DNA of 64,000 nt from Embleya hyalina (GCF_003967355.1 NZ_BIFH01000051.1:42337-106336); one strand, 5' to 3'; positions 30,193 through 42,172 are shown, numbered from the stretch's first letter. The notes: generated by a model from the letters alone, not told the origin. Translations and numbers: made by a program.

Positions 30193-30879
30193 ATGCACAT
30201 ACCCAACGGCTTCATCGACGGCCCCGTATCCGCGGGCGCCGGCGTGATCGCGGTCGCCGGCGTCGCCGTCGGCCTGCGCGGCGCACGCCGCGAGCTGGAC
30301 GAACGCACCGCGCCGCTCGCCGGCCTGGTCGCGGCCTTCGTCTTCGCCGTCCAGATGCTCAACTTCCCCGTCGCGGGCGGAACCAGCGGCCATCTCCTCG
30401 GCGGCACGCTCGCCGCGATCCTGGTCGGCCCGTACACCGGCGTGTTGTGCGTGGCGGTCGTACTGCTGATGCAGGGCCTGTTCTTCGCCGATGGCGGGCT
30501 GACCGCGCTCGGCCTGAACATCACCATCATGGGCGTCGTGACGGTCGTGGTCGGCTACGGCCTGTACCGGCTCACCCTCGGCCTGCTGCCCGCCCGGCAC
30601 TCGTCCGTACCGATCGCCGCGTTCGTCGGCGCGCTGGTCTCGGTGCCCGCGGCCGCCTGTGTGTTCACCCTCTTCTACGCCATCGGCGGCACCACCGACG
30701 TATCGATCGGCAAGGTGGCCGGCGCGATGATCGGCGTGCACGTGCTGATCGGCATCGGCGAGGCGATCATCACCGCCGCCACCGTCTCCAGCGTGCTGGC
30801 GGTACGGCCCGACCTCGTCCACGGTGCGCGCGGCCTGGCGCGTCCCCTCGAACTGCGCTCGGCTGGGGAGACCCGATGA
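30193..30879 (+). CDS. cbiM: ECF-type cobalt/nickel transporter substrate-capture component CbiM, 228 aa
   Basis: N-terminal MHIPNGF… typical of CbiM/NikM. RBS GGGAGGGG. Confidence 0.85.
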   Translation: MHIPNGFIDGPVSAGAGVIAVAGVAVGLRGARRELDERTAPLAGLVAAFVFAVQMLNFPVAGGTSGHLLGGTLAAILVGPYTGVLCVAVVLLMQGLFFADGGLTALGLNITIMGVVTVVVGYGLYRLTLGLLPARHSSVPIAAFVGALVSVPAAACVFTLFYAIGGTTDVSIGKVAGAMIGVHVLIGIGEAIITAATVSSVLAVRPDLVHGARGLARPLELRSAGETR

Positions 30880-31232
30880 CCCGCGTCCGTACCCGCACCC
30901 TGCTGATCGCCGGGGCCGTGCTCGCCCTGATCCTGGCCGGGTTCGTCAGCTACTACGCCAGCCAGAGCCCCGACGGCCTGGAGAAGGTGTCCGCCGACAA
31001 GGGCATCGACGCCAAGGAGCAGGACCACCAGCTCAAGGACGGCCCGCTGGCCGACTACAACGTCAAGGGCGTGCACAACGAACGCCTGTCCGGCGGCCTG
31101 GCCGGGGTGATCGGCGTCGCGGCCACCCTCGTGGTCGGCACCGGCGTGTTCCGGCTGGTCCGCCGCCGCCCGAGCGACGCCGCCCCGGCGAGGCCCGCCC
31201 ACGACGCCGTCGACTCGGGCAGCGGCGGCTGA
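30876..31232 (+). CDS. PDGLE-domain protein (CbiN-equivalent small subunit), 118 aa
   Basis: …YYASQSPDGLEKV… PDGLE motif. ATGA overlap with cbiM. Confidence 0.75.
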   Translation: MTRVRTRTLLIAGAVLALILAGFVSYYASQSPDGLEKVSADKGIDAKEQDHQLKDGPLADYNVKGVHNERLSGGLAGVIGVAATLVVGTGVFRLVRRRPSDAAPARPAHDAVDSGSGG

Positions 31233-31233
31233 C

Positions 31234-31995
31234 ATGACCGGCGGACCCGAACACCGGCTCTTCCGCCCGGGCGACTCGCCCGTGCATCGGCTGCCGCCGC
31301 ACTGCAAGCTGCTCGCGCTGATCGGCTTCGTCCTGGCCACGGTGTCCACCCCGCGCGAGGCCTACTGGGCCTTCGGCGCGTACGCGGCGCTGCTCGCGGT
31401 CGTCGCCGCCGTCGCCCGCGTCCCGGCCGGCTTCGTACTGCGCCGGATGCTGGTGGAGACCCCGTTCGTGCTCTTCGCGCTGCTCCTGCCCTTCGTGGCC
31501 GACGGGCCGACCGTCGAGGTGCTGGGCCTGACGGTCAGCCACGACGGCCTGCTCGGCGCCTGGAACGTACTCGCGAAGGGCACCCTCGGAGTGGTCGCCG
31601 GCGTCCTCCTCGCGGCCACCACGGAACTGCGCGCGCTGCTGCTCGGCCTGCAAAAGTTGCGCATGCCGCCGCTGCTCGTGCAGATCATGTCGTTCATGCT
31701 GCGCTACGGCGGGGTGATCACCGCGGAGATGGGCCGGATGCGGATCGCCCGCGAATCGCGCGGCTTCGTCGCGCGCGACCTGCGCCAGACCCCGGCGGTG
31801 GCCAAGTCGGCCGGCGCGCTGTTCATCCGCTCCTACGAGCGCGGCGAGCGGGTGCACCTGGCGATGCTCAGCCGCGGGTACACCGGGACCATGCCGATCC
31901 TCGTGGACACCCGGGCGAGCGCCGCCCAGTGGGCCGCCGCCGCGACGCTGCCCGCGGCGGCACTCGCGGTGTGGGCGGGGGCGCTGCTCCGGTGA
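31234..31995 (+). CDS. cbiQ: ECF transporter transmembrane component CbiQ, 253 aa
   Basis: CbiQ-family TM protein placed between PDGLE and cbiO. Confidence 0.8.
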   Translation: MTGGPEHRLFRPGDSPVHRLPPHCKLLALIGFVLATVSTPREAYWAFGAYAALLAVVAAVARVPAGFVLRRMLVETPFVLFALLLPFVADGPTVEVLGLTVSHDGLLGAWNVLAKGTLGVVAGVLLAATTELRALLLGLQKLRMPPLLVQIMSFMLRYGGVITAEMGRMRIARESRGFVARDLRQTPAVAKSAGALFIRSYERGERVHLAMLSRGYTGTMPILVDTRASAAQWAAAATLPAAALAVWAGALLR

Positions 31996-32100
31996 CCTCG
32001 CGCGTGACCGGACAATCGCGGGATCCGCGACACCGCGCGAGACGACAGACGCCGCGCGAGACGAGGAACACCGCGCGACCCGAGAACGGAGTTACCCCAC

Positions 32101-32868
<768 letters not shown>

Positions 32869-32977
32869 GCGCCCGCAGCGCACCGAAGGACGCCACGGGA
32901 CCCGGTTGACCCGGGGCCGGGGAGGTAACTGACAGACTTGGGCCACACACGAGCGCAGGAGCCGGAGAGGACGGGTT

Positions 32978-33460
32978 GTGAGCGACCACGGGCGGGAACT
33001 GTCTCCGGCGGAGTTGGAGCGGCAAGGCCGGGCGGCATTGGGCCGTCCGGTGACGGCACACGCTGAACGGAGTCGGGTGGAGTCGGTGAACGGTGCACAC
33101 AAGGCTGACGTTTCGAACGCCGGGCACGGGGACGGCAAGTCCGCCGGCCACGATGTGAACGGTGCCCCCGACCGGCGTACGCCGCAGCAGATCGAACGGG
33201 ACATCGAGGCGGCCCGGGCCAACCTGGCGGTGACCCTGGACGAGATCGTCGACCGGGTGAAGCCGGCCAACGTCGCGGCCCGCGCGAAGGACAAGGTACG
33301 GGCGCAGTTCATCGACAGCGACACCGGCGCACCGCGCATGGAGCGCGTCGTGCCGCTCGCGGGCGGCGTGGCCGGGCTGGTCCTGCTGGTCGTCCTGGTC
33401 AAGAGCCGGGGCGGCGACAAGGCCGCGGCGAAGAAGGCCAAGGCCGCCAAGAAGCGCTGA
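32978..33460 (+). CDS. DUF3618-domain protein with C-terminal TM anchor and lysine-rich tail, 160 aa
   Basis: …TPQQIERDIEAARANLAVTLDEIVDRVKP… is characteristic of DUF3618. Confidence 0.6.
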   Translation: MSDHGRELSPAELERQGRAALGRPVTAHAERSRVESVNGAHKADVSNAGHGDGKSAGHDVNGAPDRRTPQQIERDIEAARANLAVTLDEIVDRVKPANVAARAKDKVRAQFIDSDTGAPRMERVVPLAGGVAGLVLLVVLVKSRGGDKAAAKKAKAAKKR

Positions 33461-33611
33461 CCACCGCGGCACGCCGGTCGGGCCGACGCCGGGTCCGACC
33501 GCGTGCGGCCCGGCCGAGGCCGATTCGGGACCGTTCCCCGGCCGAAGCGGATCGGGACATCACACCTCCCGGTGACGCACGTTCGGCCTCGGACGGGTAG
33601 CTTGTCGAAGC

Positions 33612-33986
33612 GTGAGTTCCGACAGGTCCCAGTCTTCGAGCAACAACACCGCCCACGACCTCGGCGAGAAGCTGCCCATCCGCATGCTGCACGACCGTGT
33701 CCTGGTCCGCCAGGACGCGGCGGAGGGTGAGCGCCGCTCCGGCGGCGGCATCCTGATCCCCGCGACCGCGCAGGTCGGCAAGCGGCTGGCGTGGGCCGAG
33801 GTGGTCGCGGTCGGCCAGAACGTCCGCACCGTCGAGCCGGGCGATCGTGTCCTGTACGACCCCGAGGAGCGCGCCGAGGTCGAGGTGCGCGGGGTCCCGT
33901 ACGTCCTGCTGCGCGAGCGCGACCTGCACGCGGTCGCCGCCGAACGCATCGAGGTCTCCGGCGAGGCAACCGGCCTGTATCTCTAG
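33612..33986 (+). CDS. GroES (Hsp10) co-chaperonin paralogue with about 20-aa N-terminal extension, about 124 aa (start uncertain)
   Basis: …IRMLHDRVLVRQDAAEGERRSGGGILIPATAQ…AEVVAVGQ…EPGDRVLYDP… follows the GroES pattern (IKPLxDRVLV…SGI.IP…AxVVAVG…GDxVLY). Confidence 0.7.
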   Translation: MSSDRSQSSSNNTAHDLGEKLPIRMLHDRVLVRQDAAEGERRSGGGILIPATAQVGKRLAWAEVVAVGQNVRTVEPGDRVLYDPEERAEVEVRGVPYVLLRERDLHAVAAERIEVSGEATGLYL

Positions 33987-34157
33987 CCCGCCCGACGCCG
34001 ACCGATCCGGCGGATCGGGCGTGGCGTCCTCCGCACGCCGGATGGTGGTTCCGTTCACCATCCGGCGGCCCACACCGGCCGGTTCACCCCTCGGGGTGAA
34101 CTCTTCTGCCAGGATGACCCGATCCGCACGAAGAGCCGGCCACGAGGAGAGGGACAG

Positions 34158-34820
34158 ATGCCGCGACGTCGGATCTGGATAGCGGCGCTGTGCGCGGTCG
34201 CCTTGGCGGGTTTCGTGGCCGGTGGCCTGGTCGGCGTGTTCAACGGTGGCGGCGGCGGCTCCTCGCATGCCGCGGCGACCTCGCCGGTGCCGACCACGTC
34301 GCCCTCGCCGACGGCGGTGACCGCCGGGCAGATCAGTTCCGCGCCGCCGACCACCGCCCCGCCCACCTCGGCCTCGCCCACGCCGTCCAAGTCCGCGTCC
34401 GCCAAACCGCCGCTGGCCGCCAACGGGCGCTACGTACTGCTGCTGCCGGACGGCCGGGCGATGGACGTGATGGGCGCCAGCGACCGGGATCGGGCCGCGG
34501 TGATCGCGTACCCGATGGGAGCGGGCAAGGCGAACCAGCAGTGGGTGATCCGCGACGCGGGCGGCGGCTTCGTCCGGCTCGAGTCGGCGCTCTCGCGCAA
34601 GTGCCTGGAGGTGTCCGGCGGCCGGGAGCCGCGCGCCTACCAGGACGACTGCGGGCGCGCCGAGAACCAGATGTGGAAGCCGCAGCCCAGCGGCTCCGGC
34701 GTGGTCTTCGTGGCCCGCAACGGGGCCGCCCTCGGGCTGGGCGACCAGGTCGGCGGCCAGCAGGGCCTGGGCCTGGTCCCGGTCGGCTCCGGGTCGGTGT
34801 GGCGGCCCAGCGGCGCCTGA
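34158..34820 (+). CDS. Membrane-anchored/secreted ricin-B-lectin (QxW) domain protein, 220 aa
   Basis: N-terminal TM/signal segment, Pro/Thr/Ser-rich linker and a beta-trefoil with QQW and QMW motifs. Confidence 0.7.
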   Translation: MPRRRIWIAALCAVALAGFVAGGLVGVFNGGGGGSSHAAATSPVPTTSPSPTAVTAGQISSAPPTTAPPTSASPTPSKSASAKPPLAANGRYVLLLPDGRAMDVMGASDRDRAAVIAYPMGAGKANQQWVIRDAGGGFVRLESALSRKCLEVSGGREPRAYQDDCGRAENQMWKPQPSGSGVVFVARNGAALGLGDQVGGQQGLGLVPVGSGSVWRPSGA

Positions 34821-34853
34821 GCACGGGCGCCGCCGGGCCGTCGGCGGCGTACC

Positions 34854-36305
34854 TCAGCCGCCGTTGTACTTCTTCGCGACGCGCGCGCCCAGGTCCGGGT
34901 CGACCTTCGTCCAGTATTCGATCACCCGGGGCAACACCTCGGCGGTCACCGGACCGTCGCTCTTCATGTGACCGACGATGTTGCCGACCAGATGTTCCCG
35001 GTCGGTCTCGGACATCACCTTGCGATACAGCGTGCCCGGCTGGCCGAAGTCGTCGTCCTCGGCGTGCGGCCGGTAGGCCGAGCGCACGATCTCGCCGGCT
35101 ACCTCGTAGTTCTCGTCCTCGTACGGCGCCGGATCGGCGACCGGTCCACCGCGGCTGTTCGGCGCGTACACCGGGTCGCCGTAGTTCTCGTACCGCATCG
35201 CGCCGTCCTTGTTGTAGGAGTGCACGGGCACGATCGGCCGGTTGATCGGCAACTGGAGGTAGTTCGGCCCGATCCGGTAGCGGTGTGTGTCCGGGTAGCT
35301 GAACAGCCGGCCCTGGAGCATCTTGTCCGGGCTGGCACCGATGCCGGGAACCAGGTTGGCCGGTTCGAACGAGGCCTGCTCGACCTCGGCGAAGTAGTCC
35401 GAGGGGTTGCGGTCCAGCGTCATCCGGCCGACCTCGATCAGCGGGTAGTCGCCGTGCGGCCACACCTTGGTCAGGTCGAACGGGTTGAAGCGGTAGTCGG
35501 CCGCCGCCTCGAACGGCATCACCTGCACGTGCAGCGTCCACGACGGGTGGTCGCCGCGGGCGATCGCCTCGCGCAGGTCGCGCAGGTGGAAGTCGCGGTC
35601 CTCGCCGGCCATGGCGGCGGCCTCGGCGTCGGTGAAGTTCTCGATGCCCTGGTCGGTCAGGAAGTGGTACTTGATCCAGAACTTCTCCCCGCCCGCGTTC
35701 ACCCACATGAAGGTGTGGCTGCCGAAGCCGTGCATGTTGCGCCACGTCCTGGGCGTGCCCCGGTCGGACATCAGGAACATCACCTGGTGTGCCGACTCCG
35801 GCGAGAGCGTCCAGAAGTCCCACTGCATGTCGTGATCGTGCAGGTGGGTGTCCGAGCGGCGCTTCTGCGAGTGGATGAAGTCGGAGAACTTGCTCGGATC
35901 CCGGATGAAGAAGATCGGCGTGTTGTTGCCGACCAGGTCGTAGTTCCCGTGCCGGGTGTAGAACTTGATCGCGAAACCGCGCGGGTCGCGCACGGTGTCG
36001 GGAAACCCGAGTTCGCCGGCGACGGTGGAGAAGCGGATGAACATCGGGGTCTCGCGGCCCGGCTGGAACAGGTCCGCCTTGGTGAACCGGCTCACGTCCG
36101 CGGTGACCCGGAAGACGCCGTGGGCGCCGCCGCCCTTGGCGTGCACCACCCGCTCCGGCACCCGCTCGCGATTGAACTGGGCCATCTTCTGGATGACGTA
36201 GTGGTCCTGGAGCAACAACGGACCGTCGGGTCCGACGGAGAGCGAGAACTCGTCGCTCGGGGCGGGAATGCCCGCGTCGGTCGTGGTCGTGGGGCGTTCG
36301 GTCAT
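34854..36305 (-). CDS. Monofunctional heme catalase, about 483 aa
   Basis: Catalase signatures [13 protein letters not shown], FxRxxxxSRxR, GFAIKFYT… The real start is the internal ATG with an AAAGGGA RBS. Confidence 0.95.
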   Translation of the reverse strand: MTERPTTTTDAGIPAPSDEFSLSVGPDGPLLLQDHYVIQKMAQFNRERVPERVVHAKGGGAHGVFRVTADVSRFTKADLFQPGRETPMFIRFSTVAGELGFPDTVRDPRGFAIKFYTRHGNYDLVGNNTPIFFIRDPSKFSDFIHSQKRRSDTHLHDHDMQWDFWTLSPESAHQVMFLMSDRGTPRTWRNMHGFGSHTFMWVNAGGEKFWIKYHFLTDQGIENFTDAEAAAMAGEDRDFHLRDLREAIARGDHPSWTLHVQVMPFEAAADYRFNPFDLTKVWPHGDYPLIEVGRMTLDRNPSDYFAEVEQASFEPANLVPGIGASPDKMLQGRLFSYPDTHRYRIGPNYLQLPINRPIVPVHSYNKDGAMRYENYGDPVYAPNSRGGPVADPAPYEDENYEVAGEIVRSAYRPHAEDDDFGQPGTLYRKVMSETDREHLVGNIVGHMKSDGPVTAEVLPRVIEYWTKVDPDLGARVAKKYNGG

Positions 36306-36542
36306 CACCGATATCCCTTTCGTGTCCTCGGGTCGTACATGGGTCGGGTTCGATTGCTCCTTATGCCCGATGTGCTCTCCGGCACGCCTGGATCGCGGAA
36401 CAGCACGGGGTGTGCGGCGGTTGCACCTCAGAGCACGAATTCGCCCGCGGACGGGGCGGCGGGCGGGGCGGGACACGGGCCGGAATGCGGCCGGGAACGG
36501 GCCGAGTGACGGCCGAGGGCGGGCCGGAGAGAGGGACGCGGA

Positions 36543-37592
36543 GTGGACGCGGTAAAGCTGTCGGTACTGGACGTGGCACCGGTCGGGACGGGATATTCGG
36601 CGACCGAGGCGCTACGGACGAGTACCGAGTTGGCCAAGCGGGCCGAGCGGTGGGGCTTCCACCGGTTCTGGGTGGCGGAGCACCACAACATGCCCGGCAT
36701 CGCCAGTTCGTCCCCGCCGGTGCTGCTCGCGCATCTGGCCGCGCACACCACCACGCTGCGGCTGGGATCGGGCGGGGTGATGTTGCCCAACCACGCGCCG
36801 CTCGTGGTGGCCGAGCAGTTCGGCACCCTGCAGGCGCTGCACCCCGGCCGGATCGACATCGGCATCGGCCGGGCCCCGGGCACCGACCAGGTCACCATGC
36901 GCGCCCTGCGGCGCGGCGGCGGGGCCGAGTCGGTGGACGAGTTCCCGCAGGCGCTCGGCGAGCTGATCGGCTTCGTCACCGGGCGGTTCGCCGAGGAGCA
37001 CCCGTACGCGCGGATGCACGCCGTGCCGGGTCCCGCGTCCGGGATCGAGGCGGGCGGCGAGTTCGCCGCCGCGGAGGCGCCGGTGTGGCTGCTCGGGTCG
37101 AGCGGTTACAGCGCGCAGCTGGCCGGGATCCTCGGGCTGCCGTTCGCCTTCGCGCACCACTTCAGCGGACAGCACACACTGCCCGCGCTCGAGCTGTACC
37201 GCGAGTCGTTCCAGCCGTCGGCGTCGCTCAAGGAGCCCTACGCGATGATCGCGGCCGGGGTGATCGCGGCCGACACCCGGGAGCAGGCCGAACGGCTCGC
37301 GTTGTCGCAGGCGTTGTCGATGCTGAAGCTGCGCAGCGGCAACCCCGGGCGCATCCCGTCGCCGGAGGAGGCCGAGGCGTATCCGTGGACGCCGGCCGAG
37401 CGCGAGTTCGTGGAGAGCTACCAGCGGCAGCACATCAGGGGAGACCTCGCCGACGTGCGGGCGGGCATGCGGGAGCTGCGCGAGCGCACGCAGGTGGACG
37501 AGTTGATGGTGATCAGCAACGTGTACGGGCACGACGCGCGAATCCGGTCGTACGAGCTGATCGCGAAGGCTTGGGGGCTGATCGGGGAGTGA
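36543..37592 (+). CDS. LLM-class (luciferase-like) flavin-dependent oxidoreductase, 349 aa
   Basis: …[29 protein letters not shown]…. Confidence 0.85.
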   Translation: MDAVKLSVLDVAPVGTGYSATEALRTSTELAKRAERWGFHRFWVAEHHNMPGIASSSPPVLLAHLAAHTTTLRLGSGGVMLPNHAPLVVAEQFGTLQALHPGRIDIGIGRAPGTDQVTMRALRRGGGAESVDEFPQALGELIGFVTGRFAEEHPYARMHAVPGPASGIEAGGEFAAAEAPVWLLGSSGYSAQLAGILGLPFAFAHHFSGQHTLPALELYRESFQPSASLKEPYAMIAAGVIAADTREQAERLALSQALSMLKLRSGNPGRIPSPEEAEAYPWTPAEREFVESYQRQHIRGDLADVRAGMRELRERTQVDELMVISNVYGHDARIRSYELIAKAWGLIGE

Positions 37593-37671
37593 GGGGCGCG
37601 CCGCCCGGCGGTGCGGGCCGCCGGGTGCGGCGTGGGCATCGGCGCCGCGGGCCCTCGGCGCGGCCCACCGC

Positions 37672-39243
37672 TCAGCGGACCGTGACCTCGATGTGATGGT
37701 GACCGGTGGCGCCGTCCGGGATCACGTCGGCCGACCTGTCGGTCTGGACCGCGCCGGTGCCGTCCGTGGCGCGTACCCGCAGGGTGTGCCGGCCCGGGGT
37801 GGCGTCCCAGATCCACCGGTATTGGCGCCACGTGTCGGTGGTGGTCCGCGGCGCGAGTTCGGCGGCCTGCCAGGGGCCGTCGTCGACCCGGATCTCCACC
37901 GCGGTGATGCCTCGGTGCTGGGCCCAGGCGACGCCGGCGACCGGGACGGGGCCGGCGCGCAGGTCCGTCGCGTCGCGGGGGGTGTCCAGCCGCGACTGGG
38001 TCTTGATCGGGGCCTGGCGGGCCCAGCCGAGCCGGACCCAGTAGGCGCTGAACGCGGCGAACCGGGTCACCTCGATGTCCACGATCCACTTGCACGCGGA
38101 CACGTACCCGTACAGGCCCGGCACCACCATCCGGACCGGGAAGCCGTGCTTGATCGGCAGCGGCTCGCCGTTCATCGCGTACGCCAGCATCGCGTCGCGC
38201 CCGTCCATGACCTCGCGCAGCGGGGTGCCGATGGTCATCCCGTCCGGCGAACGCGAGACGATCTGGTCGGCGCCGGGCCGCACGCCCGCCTCGCGCAGCA
38301 GGTCGGCCAGCGGGGTGCCCAGCCACCGGGCGTTGCCGATCAGGTCGCCGCCGACGTCGTTGGAGACGCAGGCGAGGGTGATGTCCCGCTCGATCGGGAA
38401 GCGGGCCCGCAGTTGTTCGTAGCTCAGCCGGATCTCCCGGTCGACCATGCCGTGGATGCGCAGTTCCCAGTCCTCGGCGCGCAGTTGCGGCACGGTGAAC
38501 GCGGTGTCGATGCGGTAGAAGTCCGCGTTCGGGGTCAGGTACGGGGCCAGCCCCGGTACGACGAGGCCGGCGCCCGCCGGGGCCGCCGGGCTGATCGGCC
38601 GGGGCAGCGTGCCCGCGACGCCGGCCCGGGACTTCTCCGCGTCGAAGCGGGCGTGCTGGAGCATCCGGCCGCCGAATCCGGCCAGCGCGGCCGCGGCGGC
38701 GGCACCGACCACGAGTACGGTGCGGCGCGCGGTGTCCGGGGCCGGTTCGGCCACGTCGTCCTCGGGCGCGACCGGCAGCGGGCGGGCGAGGGGCCGGCGG
38801 TCGACCAGGTCCGGGCGGGTGAGCAGGACCAGCGCGAGCACCCCGAGCAACGTGCCGACCAGCGTCGGCGCCAGGTCGGCGGCGCGGTAGGAGGGACGGT
38901 CGGCGGCGGTCCACGCGGCGAAGCCGCCGAGCGCCAGGACCCCGGCGACGCCGTAGCGCAGCCGGCGGGCGGCGAGCACCCCGAGGCCGGCCGCGAACAG
39001 CGCGAGCAGCACCGCGATCACGGTCAGCAGGAACGCCTTGTCGCCGGTCCCGAAGGTACGGATCGCCCACTCGCGCGGCCCCGTCGGCGCCCGGTCGGCG
39101 ACCGCCCCGCTGATCGTCACGAACGGCGTGGCCTCCGGCCGGACGAACGCCGCGACCACCTCGGCCACTCCCACCGCGACCGCAGCCGACACCACGCCGA
39201 CCACCGCGGCCCTGATCCCGCCGGCACGCCGCACCCCGCCCAC
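37672..39243 (-). CDS. Molybdopterin-dependent oxidoreductase (sulfite-oxidase family) with N-terminal transmembrane domain, 523 aa
   Basis: …CVSNDVGGDLIGNARWLGTPL…GFPVRMVVPGLYGYVSACKWI… Moco-binding core plus a C-terminal dimerisation/Ig-like domain. Confidence 0.8.
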   Translation of the reverse strand: MGGVRRAGGIRAAVVGVVSAAVAVGVAEVVAAFVRPEATPFVTISGAVADRAPTGPREWAIRTFGTGDKAFLLTVIAVLLALFAAGLGVLAARRLRYGVAGVLALGGFAAWTAADRPSYRAADLAPTLVGTLLGVLALVLLTRPDLVDRRPLARPLPVAPEDDVAEPAPDTARRTVLVVGAAAAAALAGFGGRMLQHARFDAEKSRAGVAGTLPRPISPAAPAGAGLVVPGLAPYLTPNADFYRIDTAFTVPQLRAEDWELRIHGMVDREIRLSYEQLRARFPIERDITLACVSNDVGGDLIGNARWLGTPLADLLREAGVRPGADQIVSRSPDGMTIGTPLREVMDGRDAMLAYAMNGEPLPIKHGFPVRMVVPGLYGYVSACKWIVDIEVTRFAAFSAYWVRLGWARQAPIKTQSRLDTPRDATDLRAGPVPVAGVAWAQHRGITAVEIRVDDGPWQAAELAPRTTTDTWRQYRWIWDATPGRHTLRVRATDGTGAVQTDRSADVIPDGATGHHHIEVTVR

Positions 39244-39822
39244 CTCACGCTCGAAATCCGCCTCCCCTCATCCTGACGCCCCGACCCGGGCAGCGGACGA
39301 ATCGCCCGCTTACCGTTGTGTGACGAAGCGTCGGCGGCCGAAGCGTCGATCACCCGCCACGCTCCACCCCCTGCACACCCCACCCGCCCCGGCGGCCCGC
39401 CGTCCGGGCAACTTTCCGCGATACGGCCGACGTTTACCGAGCCGTGTACGGACGCCCGCGGGCGAGTCGGCTCATCGAGCGGTCGGGGTCGCCGGATGTT
39501 CGAGGCGGGCGGTCGGGGCCGGTTTGTTCCGGAGGCCGGCGCGCGGTGGGCCGAATCGGTGGGCAAGAGCGCCGTCCGCGTGCGGGCGGATCGATATGAC
39601 GTCGGTTACTCCGGGGGCGTTGTGTGGGGGCGCGTGGGGGGTCTCTGCGTACTCTCGGGGGGTGGTATTCGTATCCAGCGGCGCGCCGAACGGGATCGTC
39701 GATTCCGGGGTCGGTGGCCCTCCCGCGGCCCGGGCCGGGTTCGAGCGGTCGCCGCATGTGGCCGGTCGGCCGATGCGGGGTGTGCTCGGGTTCGCCGGCG
39801 TCGACGTGTTCGGAGCGCTCGC

Positions 39823-40578
39823 GTGAAACTTACCGTCGTCGGGTGTTCCGGCAGCTTTCCCGGACCGGACAGCCCCTGCTCGTGCTACCTCCTCGAAGCC
39901 GACGGGGTGCGGATCCTGGTCGATCTCGGCAACGGCGCGCTCGGCGCCCTCCAGCGCCATGCCACGCTCGGCTCGATCGACGCCGTACTGCTCAGCCACC
40001 TGCACGCCGACCACTGCCTCGACCTCGCCTGCTACTTCGTGGCCCGCAAGTACTGCCCGGCCGGGGAGTTGCCCCGGCTGGCGGTCTACGGGCCGGCCGA
40101 CACGCACGAGCGGATCGCGCGCGCCTACGACGTCGAGGGCGCGATCGACAACGGGCGCATGGCCGAGGTGTTCGACTTCCGCACGGTGGTCACCGGCACC
40201 TTCGAGGTGGGCCCCTTCCGGATCACCGCCGACCGGATGCCGCACCCCGTCGAGTCCTACGCGTTCCGGATCGAGGTGGGCGGGCGATCGCTGGTCTACT
40301 CCGGCGACACCGGGGTCAGCGACGACCTGGTGCGCATCTCGCGCGGTGCCGACCTGCTCCTGTGCGAGGCATCGTTCGAGCACGGTCGAGAGGACCTGCC
40401 GCACGTGCACCTGAACGGCCGGCAGGCCGGCGAGCATGCCGAACGCGCGGGCGTGGGGCGGCTGTTGCTCACCCACATCCCGCCGTGGACCAGCCGCGAG
40501 CGTAATCTCGACGACGCCCGCAAGACCTTCACCGGCGCCGTCGACCTGGCGCTGCCGGATGCCTCGCACACGGTCTGA
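39823..40578 (+). CDS. MBL-fold metallo-hydrolase, 251 aa
   Basis: HxHxDH motif (LSHLHADHCLD). Conserved actinobacterial position upstream of rph. Confidence 0.8.
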   Translation: MKLTVVGCSGSFPGPDSPCSCYLLEADGVRILVDLGNGALGALQRHATLGSIDAVLLSHLHADHCLDLACYFVARKYCPAGELPRLAVYGPADTHERIARAYDVEGAIDNGRMAEVFDFRTVVTGTFEVGPFRITADRMPHPVESYAFRIEVGGRSLVYSGDTGVSDDLVRISRGADLLLCEASFEHGREDLPHVHLNGRQAGEHAERAGVGRLLLTHIPPWTSRERNLDDARKTFTGAVDLALPDASHTV

Positions 40579-40630
40579 ACCCGGCGCCGCGCGGTCCGGA
40601 CCGACACCCGCCACGGCTTAGGCTGGAGGC

Positions 40631-41356
40631 ATGTCACGAGTAGACGGCCGTACCCCCGAGCAGCTCCGCCCGATCGGCTTCCAGCGCAAGTGGCTCGACC
40701 ACGCCGAGGGCTCGGTCCTCGTCGAGTTCGGTCGCACCCGCGTCCTGGTCGCCGCCAGCGTCACCGAGGGTGTGCCGCGCTGGCGCAAGGGCAGCGGCGA
40801 GGGCTGGGTGACCGCCGAATACTCGATGTTGCCGCGCGCCACCCACACCCGCGGCGACCGCGAGTCGGTCAAGGGCCGGATCGGCGGGCGTACCCACGAG
40901 ATCTCGCGGCTGATCGGCCGCTCGCTGCGTGCGGTGATCGACACCAAGGCGCTCGGCGAGACCACCATCCACCTGGACTGCGACGTGCTCCAGGCGGACG
41001 GCGGCACCCGGACGGCGGCGATCACCGGGGCCTATGTCGCGCTCGCCGACGCGGTGACCTGGGCGCGCGAGCACAAGCTCACCCGCAAGGGCGCCAATCC
41101 GCTGATCGGGTCGGTGGCGGCGGTCAGCGTCGGGATCATCGACGGCGTGCCGATGCTCGACCTCCCCTACGAGGAGGACGTGCGGGCCGAGACCGACATG
41201 AACATCGTCTGCACCGGGGACGGGCGTTTCGTCGAGGTGCAGGGCACCGCGGAGAAGGAGCCGTTCGACCGTGCGCTGCTGAACGACCTGCTGGATCTGG
41301 GCGCCCGGGGCTGCGCGGAGTTGACGACGCTTCAGCGGCGCGCCCTGGAGGGCTGA
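40631..41356 (+). CDS. rph: Ribonuclease PH
   Basis: Full-length RNase PH (…[27 protein letters not shown]…). Confidence 0.95.
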   Translation: MSRVDGRTPEQLRPIGFQRKWLDHAEGSVLVEFGRTRVLVAASVTEGVPRWRKGSGEGWVTAEYSMLPRATHTRGDRESVKGRIGGRTHEISRLIGRSLRAVIDTKALGETTIHLDCDVLQADGGTRTAAITGAYVALADAVTWAREHKLTRKGANPLIGSVAAVSVGIIDGVPMLDLPYEEDVRAETDMNIVCTGDGRFVEVQGTAEKEPFDRALLNDLLDLGARGCAELTTLQRRALEG

Positions 41357-41636
41357 GCGGCCGAGTGGCGCAGCCCCGGGGACCACGAGGCGCGGGCTTC
41401 GGGTCCCGGGGCCGCGGGGAGGCAATGGCGGTACCCCGAGGGGGCGTTCCCGGCATACCGTGGCAAACGGTGGTCACGCGTCGGTTTCGAGTGTCACGTA
41501 CGCGCAACCGACACGCACCGGGTGTGCGACCGTCGGCCCGGCGCGGCCCCGGACACCAGTACGGTCATGGCACCTGGTCATCCCGATCAGCGGCAGCCAC
41601 GCCGGGCCCGACGGCCCGCCCCTGACGAGGAGCACC

Positions 41637-42035
41637 ATGTTCCGCGCCACGTACCGTCCGCGCCGGGTTCTGCGCGTCACGATCGCCGCCACCGCCATGG
41701 CGGGCGCGTTGTTCGCCACCGCCGCGTGCAGCGAGGCGCAGAAGGCGATCTCGTGCGCCGAACTGGCCACCAACCTCACCAACGACATCGCGAGCCTCGG
41801 CAACGTGCTGAACGACCCGGACGCCGCCCGCAAGGCGCTCGACAACCTCCAGAAGACCTTGAACGACAAGACCAAGGACCTGGACTCCGAGGACGCGAAG
41901 AACGCCGCGAACGGCCTGGGCGACGTGATCACCCAGCTCAGCACCAAGGCGGCCAACGGCGGCAACCTCAGCGCGAGCGACGTGCAGCCGCTGATCAACG
42001 GCGCGAAGAACCTGACCACGATCTGCGTCAAGTAG
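41637..42035 (+). CDS. Lipoprotein/secreted hypothetical protein, 132 aa
   Basis: Signal peptide with an …ATAACS lipobox-like site. RBS GAGGAG. Confidence 0.55.
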   Translation: MFRATYRPRRVLRVTIAATAMAGALFATAACSEAQKAISCAELATNLTNDIASLGNVLNDPDAARKALDNLQKTLNDKTKDLDSEDAKNAANGLGDVITQLSTKAANGGNLSASDVQPLINGAKNLTTICVK

Positions 42036-42172
42036 GTCGCGCGGTCGACCGGGCCGAGCGGATCGAGCAGGACGGGCGGGGAGCCTCGCGGAGGAGGCGC
42101 CGCGGTGCGCTCGCGATCGTCCGCGCCGAAGCGCAGGATGGAAGTGGTGACCTCCGAAGGAGATGATCCACC

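Noticed and set aside
33461-33611. CIRCE or HAIR heat-shock operator upstream of the GroES paralogue
   Set aside because: Neither TTAGCACTC-N9-GAGTGCTAA nor CTTGAGT-N7-ACTCAAG is present.
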